A stretch of 64,000 bases of DNA. It comes from an uncultured Spirochaetota bacterium. GTDB lineage: Bacteria; Spirochaetota; Spirochaetia; SZUA-6; Fen-1364. Numbering within the stretch: the first letter of the stretch is position 1; every line of letters begins with the position of its first letter. A program made the position numbers and the translations under genes. The stretch covers positions 96,001 to 160,000 of the forward strand of contig CAWJSK010000018.1 of NCBI GenBank assembly GCA_963845535.1, written 5' to 3'. The notes below the pieces were generated by a model that saw only the letters and a program-made list of their open reading frames with translations, ran no database searches and had not been told where the DNA came from. Positions 39,736 to 48,602 of the stretch are shown here, piece after piece.

Positions 39736-42700
39736 ATGAAACCATCGGACAGCACGTTCGGAAAAGGCCTGCGCGTTGGAGAGACAGTCGGAGACCTTTC
39801 GCTGTTCCTCCAGAACATCCTCGAGTCTTCAACCGAATACTCAATCATCGGCAAGGACCTGGACGGCAAGATCCTCCTCTGGAACGAGGGGGCCCGGAGA
39901 ATCTACGGCTATAACGCAGAGGAAGTGGTCGGGTGGGCCAACTCCTCCATCCTCCACACGCCCGAAGACGTTGCCGCCAGCAAGCACCGTGAGATCCTGG
40001 CCGCGGCGCTGCGCGAAGGCAAATGGGAAGGGACGATCTCCCGGGTCCGCAAGAACGGCCAGCGGTTCACGGCCCGGGTGGTTATCACACCGCGGCGAAA
40101 TCCCACGGGCAAGGAGATCGGGTTCCTTCTGATATCGAAGGACATCTCGGAAGACATCCGGCTCGCCGAGCAATTGGAGGCAACGCAGTTCTACACGAGG
40201 TCCCTCATTGAGAGCAACATCGACGCCCTCATGACCACGGACGTCGTTGGGAACATCACCGATGTGAACCAGCAGATGGCCGCCCTCACGGGCGCGAGCC
40301 GTGAGCAGCTCATCGGTTCGCCGTTCAAGGACTACTTCACGGATCCCCCGCTGGCGGAGGAGGGCATCCGCCGGGTCCTTCGGGAAGGCAAGGTCACCAA
40401 TTATGAGCTGACCGTTCTGTCCCGCGACGGAAACACAACGGTCGTCTCCTACAACGCATCCACCTTTCGTGATGCCAACGGAAGGCTCCAGGGCGTATTC
40501 GCGGCCGCGCGCGACATCACGGAGCAGAAGAAGCTCGAGCAACGGCTGCGTGACGCGCAGGCGTACAACCGGGGGCTCATTGAAAGCTCCGTTGACGGCT
40601 TGATCACGGTGGACCCGTCCGGGGTCATCTCGGACGTCAATGAGCAGATGTGCCGCATGAGCGGCTACGCCCGCACGGAGCTGATTGGCGCACCTTTTGC
40701 GGATTACTTCACGGACCCTGACCAGGCAGCCGCCGGCGTTCGGGAGACTTTCCAGCAGGGCGTCGTCACGGACTACGTCCTCACGCTGGCCCGGCGGGCC
40801 AGCGCGCCGCTTCTTGTGTCCTTCAACGCCTCTGTGTTTCGCGACCCCTCGGGGGCGGAGCGCGGCATATTCGCCAGCGCCCGCGACATCACGGAACAGG
40901 CCCGGCTCCAGGCCCAACTGGCGGAGGAGCGCGCGTACAACCGCGGGCTGATCGAGGCTTCCCTGGACGGCCTCATCACGGTGAACCCCGAGCTTTGCAT
41001 CACGGACGTGAATGAGACGATGTGCCGCATGACCGGCTATGCGCGCCAGGAGCTGATCGGGAGCCCGTTCTCTCGTTATTTTACGGACCCCGCGCACGCG
41101 GATGACGGAGTGCGCCTGACGCTGGCGGAAGGGGCGGCCACCAACTACCAGCTCACCTTGTGCGCAAAAAACGGGCGGGAAAGCCTCATCTCATTCAATG
41201 CCGCGGTTTTTCGAGATTCCAGGGGCAAAGTGCGCGGAATATTCGCCAGCGCGCGCGACATCACGGAAGAGGCTCGGCTGCAAGCCCAGCTTGCGGAAGA
41301 ACGCGCGTACAACCGCGGCTTGATCGAAGCTTCCGTGGACGGGCTGGTCACGGTGGATGAATCCATGACCGTCACGGACGTGAACGACACCATGTGCCGC
41401 ATGGTGGGAAGGTCGCGCAAACAGCTCATTGGGTCATCCTTTCCCTCGCATTTCACCGAGCGCGGCCGGGCGGAGGAAGGCGTGAAGCTGACGTTCGCCA
41501 AAGGCGCCGTCACGAACTACGTGCTCACGTTGATGGCCGCGGGCGGCAGCGCCGTCCCCGTCTCCTTCAACGCCGCGGTGTTCCGCGACCCGGCCGGAAG
41601 CGTCCGCGGGATTTTCGCTTCGGCGCGTGACATCACGGCGCAGCGGGAGCTTGAAACGCAGCTTCGAAGCCAGCAGTTCTACACGCGGTCTCTTATCGAG
41701 AGCAACGTGGATGCCCTCATGACCACCGACCCGCTGGGGATCATCACCGATGTGAACCAGCAGATGGAGGCCCTCACGGGAACAAGCCGTGAGGAGCTGA
41801 TTGGATCCCCCTTCAAGAGATACTTCACGGACCCGCACCGCGCCGAGGAGGGCATCAAGCTCGTCCTGCAGCAGAACAAAGTGACCAATTACGAGCTCAC
41901 CGCCACGAGCAAGGATGGGCGGCAGACCGTGGTGTCCTACAACGCCGCCACCTTCTACGACCGTGACGGCAAGCTTCAGGGCGTGTTCGCCGCGGCGCGC
42001 GACGTGACGGAGCGCAAGCGTTTCGAGCAATCCCTCCAGGAAGCCAACAGGCTGAAGAGCGAGTTCCTGGCAAAGATGTCCCACGAGCTTCGAACGCCGT
42101 TGAACGGAATCATCGGGTTCTCCGAGTTCCTCGTGGACCAGAAGCCGGGGCCTCTCAACGCCAAGCAGAAGGAATACCTCACGGACGTCCTGAACAGCGG
42201 CCGGCACCTCCTGCAGCTCATCAACGACGTGCTGGACCTCTCCAAAGTGGAGGCCGGCAAGATGGAGGTGGCCCTGGAGACCTTCCCGGTGAAGACCGCT
42301 ATTGACGAAGTCTGCTCCGTGCTCACGCCCATGGCCCGTGAGAAAAACATCGAGATCAAGAAATGCGTTTCCGATCACCTGGATTCGGTCATCCTGGACC
42401 AGCAGAAGTTCCGCCAGGTCCTCTATAACCTCCTTTCCAACGCGGTGAAGTTCACCGGCGAAGGCGGGTGGGTGGAGATCACCGTAGGTCAGGACCACCA
42501 CGGCAGGCTCCACCTCGCCGTGAAGGATTCTGGGATCGGCATCAAGCCTGACGACGTGGGCAAGCTCTTCGTGGAGTTCCAGCAGCTCGACTCCAGCCTG
42601 TCGCGCAGGTATCACGGCACCGGGCTCGGTCTTGCGCTCACGCGCAAGATCGTCGAGCTGCAGGGAGGGTCAATCCGCGTGGAAAGCCAGCCGGGGAAAG

Positions 42701-42756
42701 GAAGCACGTTCACCGTTACGCTGCCGCTGGCCCCGAGGGGGGACTCCACCGCATGA
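39736..42756 (+). CDS. Soluble histidine kinase with six PAS domains
   Basis: Tandem PAS/PAC units ending in ARDIT; H-box MSHELRTPLN; NLLSNAVKFT; DSGIG; GTGLGL; no TM segment. Confidence 0.95.
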   Translation: MKPSDSTFGKGLRVGETVGDLSLFLQNILESSTEYSIIGKDLDGKILLWNEGARRIYGYNAEEVVGWANSSILHTPEDVAASKHREILAAALREGKWEGTISRVRKNGQRFTARVVITPRRNPTGKEIGFLLISKDISEDIRLAEQLEATQFYTRSLIESNIDALMTTDVVGNITDVNQQMAALTGASREQLIGSPFKDYFTDPPLAEEGIRRVLREGKVTNYELTVLSRDGNTTVVSYNASTFRDANGRLQGVFAAARDITEQKKLEQRLRDAQAYNRGLIESSVDGLITVDPSGVISDVNEQMCRMSGYARTELIGAPFADYFTDPDQAAAGVRETFQQGVVTDYVLTLARRASAPLLVSFNASVFRDPSGAERGIFASARDITEQARLQAQLAEERAYNRGLIEASLDGLITVNPELCITDVNETMCRMTGYARQELIGSPFSRYFTDPAHADDGVRLTLAEGAATNYQLTLCAKNGRESLISFNAAVFRDSRGKVRGIFASARDITEEARLQAQLAEERAYNRGLIEASVDGLVTVDESMTVTDVNDTMCRMVGRSRKQLIGSSFPSHFTERGRAEEGVKLTFAKGAVTNYVLTLMAAGGSAVPVSFNAAVFRDPAGSVRGIFASARDITAQRELETQLRSQQFYTRSLIESNVDALMTTDPLGIITDVNQQMEALTGTSREELIGSPFKRYFTDPHRAEEGIKLVLQQNKVTNYELTATSKDGRQTVVSYNAATFYDRDGKLQGVFAAARDVTERKRFEQSLQEANRLKSEFLAKMSHELRTPLNGIIGFSEFLVDQKPGPLNAKQKEYLTDVLNSGRHLLQLINDVLDLSKVEAGKMEVALETFPVKTAIDEVCSVLTPMAREKNIEIKKCVSDHLDSVILDQQKFRQVLYNLLSNAVKFTGEGGWVEITVGQDHHGRLHLAVKDSGIGIKPDDVGKLFVEFQQLDSSLSRRYHGTGLGLALTRKIVELQGGSIRVESQPGKGSTFTVTLPLAPRGDSTA
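40189..42048 (+). repeat. Five tandem 372-nt (124-aa) PAS-coding repeats, arranged A-B-B-B-A
   Basis: Unit starts at 40189, 40561, 40933, 41305 and 41677. A units begin FYTRSLIESN.DALMTTD; B units begin AYNRGLIE.S.DGL.TV. Confidence 0.85.
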
Positions 42757-43130
42757 GCCCGCGCGTCCTTGTCGTGGATGACAACCCTGTCAACCTGAAG
42801 CTGGCCGCGGACGTTCTTGAGTCGGAAGGCTATGAGGTGGATCGGGCGGCGGACGCCGAGCAGGCAATGGCGGCAATCGGCAAACGGGAACCGGACCTCA
42901 TCCTCATGGACGTGGCGCTTCCCGGCATGGACGGCCTCACCCTTACGCGGAAGCTCAAGGCGGAGGAGGCCACACGGGGGATCTGCATTGTCGCCTTGAC
43001 CGCATTTGCCATGAAAGGGGATGAGGAGAAGGCGCGTGAGGCGGGCTGTGACGGGTATATCGTCAAGCCCATCAACACCCGCCAGTTGTGCCTTCAGGTG
43101 GCCGCGTATCTGGAAAGGAGAACCGTATGA
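42753..43130 (+). CDS. Single-domain response regulator (DivK-like)
   Basis: VVDDN, ILMDVALPGMDG, ALTAFAM and KP motifs; ATGA overlap with the kinase. Confidence 0.93.
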   Translation: MSPRVLVVDDNPVNLKLAADVLESEGYEVDRAADAEQAMAAIGKREPDLILMDVALPGMDGLTLTRKLKAEEATRGICIVALTAFAMKGDEEKAREAGCDGYIVKPINTRQLCLQVAAYLERRTV

Positions 43131-43507
43131 ACATCCTCGTGGTGGAAGACAACCCATCCCACGTCAAGCTGATGAGCGTCGTGCTCAAGGCCGCGGGGAA
43201 CTCCGTGAGCTGTGTGGAGACAGCGGAGCAGACGTTCGCGGCCATTCGCCAGGACCAGCCTCAACTCATCCTCCTGGACCTCGCTCTTCCGGGCATGGAT
43301 GGGCTGACTCTCGTTCGCCAGCTCAAAGCTGACCCTGGTTCAAGAAAAATCCCCGTGGTGGCGGTCACGGCATTCCCGGACCTCTGGGGAAGGCAGAATG
43401 CGCTGGACGCCGGCTGCGACGAGTACCTGCTCAAGCCGGTGGACACCCGGAGCCTCTCGCAGCGGTTGAGCGCCATTGCCGGTGGGGCCGGCCACGCGGT
43501 GAACTGA
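43127..43507 (+). CDS. Single-domain response regulator (DivK-like)
   Basis: VVEDN, ILLDLALPGMDG, AVTA and KP motifs; ATGA overlap. Confidence 0.93.
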   Translation: MNILVVEDNPSHVKLMSVVLKAAGNSVSCVETAEQTFAAIRQDQPQLILLDLALPGMDGLTLVRQLKADPGSRKIPVVAVTAFPDLWGRQNALDAGCDEYLLKPVDTRSLSQRLSAIAGGAGHAVN

Positions 43508-43522
43508 AGGGGCGCCGCCAGC

Positions 43523-46168
43523 ATGCACGTCCTTGTTGTGGATGATCACGGCACAAACCGCAAGCTTCTTCGCGTCCAGTTGGAAGCGGAGTCCTTCACT
43601 GTCAGCGAGGCTGCGGAAGGACGGGAAGCGCTCGAGCTGCTGGAGAAGGAGCCCGTTGACGTGGTTGTCTCGGACATCCTCATGCCAGGGATGGACGGCT
43701 TTCGCTTCTGCCGCGAGCTGCGAGCCAACCCGCGCTTGCGCCACCTTCCATTCATCATCTACACGAGCACGTACACATCGGCGGCGGATGAGAAGCTGGC
43801 TTTGAAAGCGGGGGCGGACCGATTTGTGCGCAAGCCGTGCCCCGCATCCGAGCTGCTGGCCCTGATACGGGACGCCGCCGCCCAGGCAGGCCGGCGCACC
43901 CCGCAGCTTTCCCAACTTCCCGACGAGCTGGAAGTGACGCGGGAGTACAGCGACGCGCTGGTGAGGAAGCTCGAGCAAAAGAACACCGACCTGCAGCAGG
44001 CCGCGGAGGAGATGCAGAGGCAGCGGGAGTGGCTTCGGGTCACCCTGACCAGCATTGGTGACGCGGTCATTGCCTGCGACCTGGAAGGCTGCGTGACGTT
44101 CATCAATCCTGTTGCGGCATCCCTCACCGGGTGGCCGGTGGAGGAGGCTACAGGTTCTCCCGTGCAGAAAGTGTTCGCCATCATGAACGAAAAGACCCGG
44201 CGGCCCGCGGAAGACGTGCTCGGCCGCGTGCTCTTCGAACGCCGGCCGATCAGCCTCACCAACAATACCGTGCTTCTGGCCCGGGACGGACGGGAGATTC
44301 CCATCGAGGACAGCGCAGCGCCCATCCTTGACGGGGAGGGAAACACGATCGGCGTGGTCCTGGTCTTTCACGACGTGACGGAAATGCGGCATTCCGCGCG
44401 CGAGCGCCAGCTCACCGCCGACTTTCTGGCGCTCACGAACACCGCGGCTGATTCCACGTCCCTTCTGGAAGATGCGGCCCGGTTTTTCCTGGCACACTCC
44501 GGCTGCGCCGCGGTGGGGGTCAGGATGAAGCAGGGTGACGACTACCCGTACTGCCAGGCGTTCGGGCTCCCCGCGCAATTCGCTGGCGCGGACAACACCC
44601 TGCTTGCCGTCACTGCATCAGGCAAAACGGTCGTCGGGAAGGACGGTGCGCCCGCTTTGCAGTGCATCTGCGGCCGTGTGATCGGCGGCGCCCAGCCCCG
44701 GAGCTACTGGACCAACAACCTTTCCTCAGGGGCGGACGGCGGGCCCCTCCGAGGATTCTGCGGGGAGGCAGGCTACGAATCCATCGCTCTCCTGCCCCTG
44801 GTGGTGGGCCCGCAGCGGCTGGGTCTCCTGCAATTCGCCGACCCGCGGAAAGGAATGTTCTCAACCGCAGGCGTGTCATTTTGGGAGCGGCTTGCCAGCC
44901 ATCTTGCCGTGGCCCTGGCCAAGTTCCGCGCGGAGGAAGGCCTTCTGTCCCTCAATGAGACGCTGGAAAGCCGGGTGGCTGAACGCACGGCGCTGGCGGA
45001 GAGCAGGTCACACCTGCTGCAGGCGCTGGCCGTCGAGCTGACCGAGACGGAAGAACGTGAGCGCAGGCGGATTTCCGAGCTTCTCCATGACGACCTTCAG
45101 CAGATACTCGTAGGGGCCAGGATGCAGGTGCAGGCGCTCATGGGCGCGCATCCGTCCCTTGCGAGCCTTGGAAACGTAGACCGGCTCATCGCGGATTCCA
45201 TTCAGCAGTCACGCCGCCTCTCTCACGAGATGAGTCCGGCCCTCTTTCGCACGACAGGGCTGGCGGTCGCGCTGCAGGCGCTTGCCCGGCAGATGCAGGA
45301 ACACCACGGGCTCAGCGTGGAGCTGGAAACATCCGAAGCCGGGCCGGGTGAGGACGTAGCGGTCCGGATGCTCGTTTTCCGCTCAATCCAGGAGCTGCTG
45401 TTCAACGTCGTGAAGCATGCGCTGGTCAAGACCGCCCTCGTCCGGCTGGAGCGCGCGGATGGTTGCCTGACCGTTTCCGTGACCGACAACGGGAAAGGGT
45501 TCGATGTAGCAGCCGTCGGCTCATCCTCGGAAAAAACCACGGGGCTCGGCTTGCTCAGCATCAAGGAACGCGTCCATGCCATGGGAGGCGCGTTCACCAT
45601 TGAGAGCAGCCCCGGGACGGGAAGCACGCTCACCTTGTCCATTCCCCTGAGCCTGTCGGACCCACCGTCCCGGCCGCAGGAGGGAAGATCCTCTGCTCCA
45701 GCGGCGGGGGCAACAACGGCAGCATCAGCAGCCGCCCGGGTTTCGAGGGCGCAAGCGCCCCAGGGGGCGGAGGTTGCCGGCCGGGAGACGCCTCACGCCG
45801 CGTTTCGCGTGTTGTTCGTTGACGACCACGACCTGATGAGGCGGGGGATGATCGAGCTGATCTGCCTGCAGCCCGGCATTTCGGTGGTGGGGGAAGCGTC
45901 CAACGGGATGGAAGCCATCGAGAAGGCCCGGGAGCTGCGGCCTGACGTCATCGTGATGGACGTATCCATGCCCCGCATGGACGGGATCGAAGCCACGCGC
46001 CGGATCAAGTCGGAGCAGCCAGCGGTGCGCATCATCGGGCTCTCGATGTTCGAGGGGGAAGAGGTGGGCAGGCGCATGTGCGAGGCGGGAGCCGAAACCT
46101 TCGTCATGAAGTCAGGTTCCGTTGACGCCCTCGTGAAAGTGATCTTCGGGCCTGGCGACGACCCATAG
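43523..46168 (+). CDS. Hybrid kinase REC-PAS-GAF-HisKA_3-HATPase-REC
   Basis: N-terminal REC (SDILMPGMDG); PAS (SIGDAVI, IEDSAAPI); ERRRISELLHDDLQQ; DNGKGF; GLGL; C-terminal NarL-type REC without an HTH. Confidence 0.92.
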   Translation: MHVLVVDDHGTNRKLLRVQLEAESFTVSEAAEGREALELLEKEPVDVVVSDILMPGMDGFRFCRELRANPRLRHLPFIIYTSTYTSAADEKLALKAGADRFVRKPCPASELLALIRDAAAQAGRRTPQLSQLPDELEVTREYSDALVRKLEQKNTDLQQAAEEMQRQREWLRVTLTSIGDAVIACDLEGCVTFINPVAASLTGWPVEEATGSPVQKVFAIMNEKTRRPAEDVLGRVLFERRPISLTNNTVLLARDGREIPIEDSAAPILDGEGNTIGVVLVFHDVTEMRHSARERQLTADFLALTNTAADSTSLLEDAARFFLAHSGCAAVGVRMKQGDDYPYCQAFGLPAQFAGADNTLLAVTASGKTVVGKDGAPALQCICGRVIGGAQPRSYWTNNLSSGADGGPLRGFCGEAGYESIALLPLVVGPQRLGLLQFADPRKGMFSTAGVSFWERLASHLAVALAKFRAEEGLLSLNETLESRVAERTALAESRSHLLQALAVELTETEERERRRISELLHDDLQQILVGARMQVQALMGAHPSLASLGNVDRLIADSIQQSRRLSHEMSPALFRTTGLAVALQALARQMQEHHGLSVELETSEAGPGEDVAVRMLVFRSIQELLFNVVKHALVKTALVRLERADGCLTVSVTDNGKGFDVAAVGSSSEKTTGLGLLSIKERVHAMGGAFTIESSPGTGSTLTLSIPLSLSDPPSRPQEGRSSAPAAGATTAASAAARVSRAQAPQGAEVAGRETPHAAFRVLFVDDHDLMRRGMIELICLQPGISVVGEASNGMEAIEKARELRPDVIVMDVSMPRMDGIEATRRIKSEQPAVRIIGLSMFEGEEVGRRMCEAGAETFVMKSGSVDALVKVIFGPGDDP

Positions 46169-46230
46169 AGCGCAGCCATCGCTTCAAAATCCGGAGCTAG
46201 CCTTCCGGACATAGCCTCCTGGACCTGTCG

Positions 46231-46275
46231 GAAACGCAAATTTCCCAAGGCAAACTTTGGAAATTTGCGGTTTCG
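46231..46275. terminator. Strong inverted repeat between convergent genes (probable bidirectional terminator)
   Basis: CGCAAATTTCC (46235-46245) pairs with GGAAATTTGCG (46259-46269), flanked by GAAA/TTTC. Confidence 0.6.
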
Positions 46276-46300
46276 ATAGGGTGAGGTGTGATAACGCGAC

Positions 46301-46951
46301 CTACGTGATGCCATGGGGTGGCGCCCAGACCTTCAGGTCCAAGCCTTCCAGGAGAACCGCCCGCCCTTCGCATTTGACCACAACGGCCGAATGGACCTTC
46401 TGCATCATGCACTCTGCCGGCAGGAAACGCACGGTCTGCCCCACGAAGGGCAGGTTCCCTTCCACGGTTCCCTCGAAGCCGATCACCATGCACAGTCCGA
46501 TGTCGGTGAAGTGAAAGCCCGTGTCCCCCAGGCGATGTCGGGGGCCCACGATGTGGACGACGAGGAGCCCGTCTCTCTTGGCGATGATCCGCGCGAAGTG
46601 CGTGATGGGACATCCCAGGGGACGGTAGCGTATCACGTCTCCCACGCCCAGATCTGGCGCGGCGAGCGGGAAAAGGATCTCCCGGCAGGACGGCTCTCCG
46701 CTCAAAGGCGCAAGGACGAAGTCCGCTTCGTAGCCGTCGATGAGGCCGATGACAACCGCGTCCCTCGCGGCTGAACCGGGAAGGGCCTGCTCGAGCCGGG
46801 CCTTGTTCTCCTTGTAGCGTTCCTGCGTGAGGACTGCGCACGCCGCAAGCTCCGCCGTGCGCTTCTGGAGGGCGGCCGCAAACTCGTCGCAGCGCTGGTA
46901 TCCGCAGCCGCCGCAGTTGTGCCCCGGGAGGTGACGGCTCAGTTTCTCCAT
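46301..46951 (-). CDS. Fe-S-binding protein (N-terminal RnfB/AcsC-like Fe-S domain)
   Basis: LPGHNCGGCGY..C..FA..L...C motif, plus EPSCRE, RPLGCPITH and CMMQKVHS. Confidence 0.82.
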   Translation of the reverse strand: MEKLSRHLPGHNCGGCGYQRCDEFAAALQKRTAELAACAVLTQERYKENKARLEQALPGSAARDAVVIGLIDGYEADFVLAPLSGEPSCREILFPLAAPDLGVGDVIRYRPLGCPITHFARIIAKRDGLLVVHIVGPRHRLGDTGFHFTDIGLCMVIGFEGTVEGNLPFVGQTVRFLPAECMMQKVHSAVVVKCEGRAVLLEGLDLKVWAPPHGIT

Positions 46952-46954
46952 GGC

Positions 46955-47656
46955 TTATTCTCCCGCGAAGCTCTGCAATCCGTCGATGCGGCGCAGGATG
47001 CCGCGGTGGTGCTCCCGCGCAACACGGGTCTCACCCGCGCAGAGCGTGCACACCGAAAGGGGTGCGGTGTGCCGAAGGCGTTCACTCTCCAGGGAAACCT
47101 CCGCGGCGCTTGAAAGCCGGGCGGCAATCTCCGCGGCCCCCTGTCCGCTCAGGCCGTTGACGTTCACCAGCTCCGCCCCGGGGTTCATTTCCAGGAGGCG
47201 TTCCCGGAATATCTCCCGCTCCGCCTGGGAGATCATGTCTCCCTTCGTGATCACGATGACATTGGCCGTGCTGAGCAGGGGGCCCACCTTGAGCGGCGTA
47301 TTGGGGCCCGAGGTTGCGTCGATCACGCACACCCCCAGGCAGCCGGTGGTGTACGGGGCGCAACGATGGCAGAGACCCGCGGTCTCAATGATGAGAAGCT
47401 CCGTGGCGCGCGCCTGCGCCCATTCCAGGAGCTCTTCGAGGTTGTAGATGGTGAAATGGTCCGGGCACACGTCCTTGGCAAGGCCCACGAGCGTCGGGAC
47501 CGCAAGCCGGGCAAAACGCTCGTCATCATCCGTGGCCAGGCAGTCGATCTTGACCAGGGAGATGGCGGCGCCTCTCTGCTTCAGGAGCCTCACCGCGTGG
47601 ACGAGCACCGAGGTCTTGCCGGACCCCGCCGTGCCGGCGACGATTGCCAGCTTCAT
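46955..47656 (-). CDS. HypB/UreG/CobW-like (G3E) GTPase
   Basis: [22 protein letters not shown] and ITKGD motifs, C-terminal CTLC. Confidence 0.85.
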   Translation of the reverse strand: MKLAIVAGTAGSGKTSVLVHAVRLLKQRGAAISLVKIDCLATDDDERFARLAVPTLVGLAKDVCPDHFTIYNLEELLEWAQARATELLIIETAGLCHRCAPYTTGCLGVCVIDATSGPNTPLKVGPLLSTANVIVITKGDMISQAEREIFRERLLEMNPGAELVNVNGLSGQGAAEIAARLSSAAEVSLESERLRHTAPLSVCTLCAGETRVAREHHRGILRRIDGLQSFAGE

Positions 47657-48444
47657 ACGGTGGTTTCCGCCCATTCGGCAAGCGGGTCGGTCACGTCCTC
47701 GATCTGCTCGCCGTGGCGGACGCTCTCACGCAACCGCAGCATCCATTCGTCAATACGCCTGAGCCGCCGGGACACCGTCTTTTCCCCGCTCGTTGTGTCG
47801 ACCACCTTGGCCATGCCGCCGGTTCTCATGATTATCCGCCGCTCCGTCATGAGCGCGAGCACGGGATCATGGGTCACGACGAGGATGATCTTCCCATAGC
47901 CGGCAAGGAGCCGAAGGGCGTCATGCTTCTTGATACCGGCGTTCTCGATCTCATCCACCAGGACGATGGGGGAGTTGCTGATGATGGCCACGTCCGCCAC
48001 CATCAGCGCGCGTGACTGGCCGCCGCTCAGGACGGTCAGCTCGTCGGTTTCCCCGATAGGCTCTCCCGTCAGAGCGTTGGCCGTGGCGATCACCTCCGTG
48101 ATCCTGGCGGGATCCACGCGGCGGCACTTCGCATGAAGCCGCAGGAAGTCCACCACCGTCATGCTGGCCAGGAAGTTCATGTTCTGGGAGAGCTGTGCGA
48201 CGATCTTCGTGTTCGGGTTTGTCCGCACGGCATGGGAGGGAGCCGCTCCGTTGACCAGCACGGACCTTCCGGTTGCCGTGTCAGCCTGCGCAAGCTGCTC
48301 GATATCAGCGATAAGAGAGCTTTTGCCGCTCCCGGTAGGCCCCACCACTCCCACGATCTCCCCGCGGCATATCTCGATCTCCCGGACGCTTTCCGGAGCG
48401 CCGGATTTGTCAAAGCCTCCCCGTATCATGAGCGTTTCTATCAT
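47653..48444 (-). CDS. Stand-alone ABC ATPase (no adjacent permease)
   Basis: GPTGSGKS, Q-loop [22 protein letters not shown] and VTHD motifs; ATGA overlap with the GTPase. Confidence 0.88.
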   Translation of the reverse strand: MIETLMIRGGFDKSGAPESVREIEICRGEIVGVVGPTGSGKSSLIADIEQLAQADTATGRSVLVNGAAPSHAVRTNPNTKIVAQLSQNMNFLASMTVVDFLRLHAKCRRVDPARITEVIATANALTGEPIGETDELTVLSGGQSRALMVADVAIISNSPIVLVDEIENAGIKKHDALRLLAGYGKIILVVTHDPVLALMTERRIIMRTGGMAKVVDTTSGEKTVSRRLRRIDEWMLRLRESVRHGEQIEDVTDPLAEWAETTV

Positions 48445-48602
48445 GGAACAACTAGGGGACACGGCGGCACATGAATGTCAACAGAAAGCGCGCGAGCGGG
48501 AGCAAATGCGGCTTTCGGACGCGCATTTCACCGTCATATCCGCCGGCCCGTGCGGCGGGAGAACTCTCCGGATGAACATTTGAGCCAGATATCCGGTTTA
48601 TC

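Noticed and set aside
40561..41676. LOV photosensor interpretation of the Cys-containing PAS repeats
   Set aside because: The GxNCRFLQ motif is absent, and the Cys is in a different position.
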